From: the human T2T-CHM13v2.0 reference genome, Homo sapiens
NCBI RefSeq assembly: GCF_009914755.1
Contig: NC_060946.1
DNA: 64,000 nt
Direction: 5' to 3' (one strand)
Below, piece after piece: positions 63,185-64,000 of this stretch. Both the position numbers and the translations under genes were made by a program. The notes beneath the pieces are model-generated. The model saw only the letters and a list, made by a program, of their open reading frames with translations, was not told the DNA's origin and did no database searches. How positions within the stretch are numbered: the first letter of the stretch is position 1; every line of letters starts with the position of its first letter.

Positions 63185-63960
63185 TCCCAGATTCTCTGTG
63201 CAGTAATGGCAGACCCCCTTTCCCTCTGAAAACAAGCAAGAATTTTGGATAAAACAATAACAAAATTAAGTTAAATGCATCAAAGGGCTGCTAAGCTAGT
63301 GGGAAACCTCCAGGCCAAGTTTCAGGGGGAAACCAAGAACCTAGAGAAGAACGCTGGGGTCACTGGTGCCTGCGAGCATTTGCCAACCTGGCAAGTTGGG
63401 CTTTGACCTTGGAGGGAGTAGAGGGGTAGACAGAGGTCAAGGTATGAGGAGCCTGATAGGGGCATATCAAGCTGGAAGCGTGAAAGGCCTCACCTTGGGT
63501 GAAGACTGAAGCAGAGATAACCCTGGCCCCTGCCCCAAAACAAGGAATTCGTTAGCATTAAAAGGAGTGGGAGGAAAAAAGGAAAGGAAACTCACGGATT
63601 CAAGCACAAAGAGCCTCGGAGCTCCTGCGGACTTGGACCCCTTGCCCATCACACCCGGGAGGCCCGGAGATGGTGGGGCTTCTGTGCACTTGGTTCCAGG
63701 TGGTCTGGGCTGTCCATGTGAAAGTAAACACTATCCTTGTGAGAAGGAACCTCTGTCCTTGGCCTCACGGAAACCCCACAGACACCCTTCAAAGGGCCCC
63801 AAGACGCACACAAAGATATCCAAGTCTGAAAGGGAAGAAGGCACCATGAGTAAGAACCAGCAGACAAGCTAGCGGACACCCGCGCGGTCTCCCCATATTA
63901 TTAGAAAATTACCAAACAAGACACTAGAGGACATTTCAAACCATAATAGAAGAGATGGCC
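63185..63960 (+). mobile_element. Old L1 (L1M/HAL1-like) 5'-region fragment
   Basis: A-rich sequence with CCCTCTGAAAACAA...TGGATAAAA, CACCATGAGTAAGAACCAGCAGA and AAAATTACCAAAC, typical of ancient L1 5' regions. Confidence 0.45.
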
Positions 63961-64000
63961 CATGTTCGGTGGCCAAGCATAGCACAGAGCTCCTCACTCC

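Overview
Human (primate) GC-rich non-coding genomic DNA, identified from its microRNA hairpins as the MIRLET7BHG locus on 22q13.31, between WNT7B/PRR34 and PPARA. I see no credible protein-coding gene. On the + strand are MIR3619 (13613-13695), MIRLET7A3 (35437-35510), MIR4763 (36254-36345), MIRLET7B (36374-36456) and an AATAAA signal (36594-36599) that probably ends the host transcript. The window also has nine Alus, a MER47A DNA transposon, MLT1/LTR33/L1/L2/MIR relics, a 7-copy 36-bp minisatellite, a 22-copy 41/37-bp VNTR, CpG-rich patches, an AP-1 cluster and a strong CTCF motif. The most interesting unexplained structures are: (1) a perfect let-7 8mer target site at the junction of a 37-bp duplication just downstream of the let-7b hairpin, suggesting possible self-regulation; (2) inverted MIR cores that could form a 22-bp duplex between let-7a-3 and let-7b; (3) a 51-bp inverted repeat (48/51 identity, all differences G-U compatible) bracketing 1.1 kb downstream of the host gene; (4) a VNTR whose unit carries a 5' splice-site/U1 motif, an E-box and a GLI/ZIC-like site. 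Repeat subfamily calls and reference comparisons are from recalled consensus sequences, not from searches.
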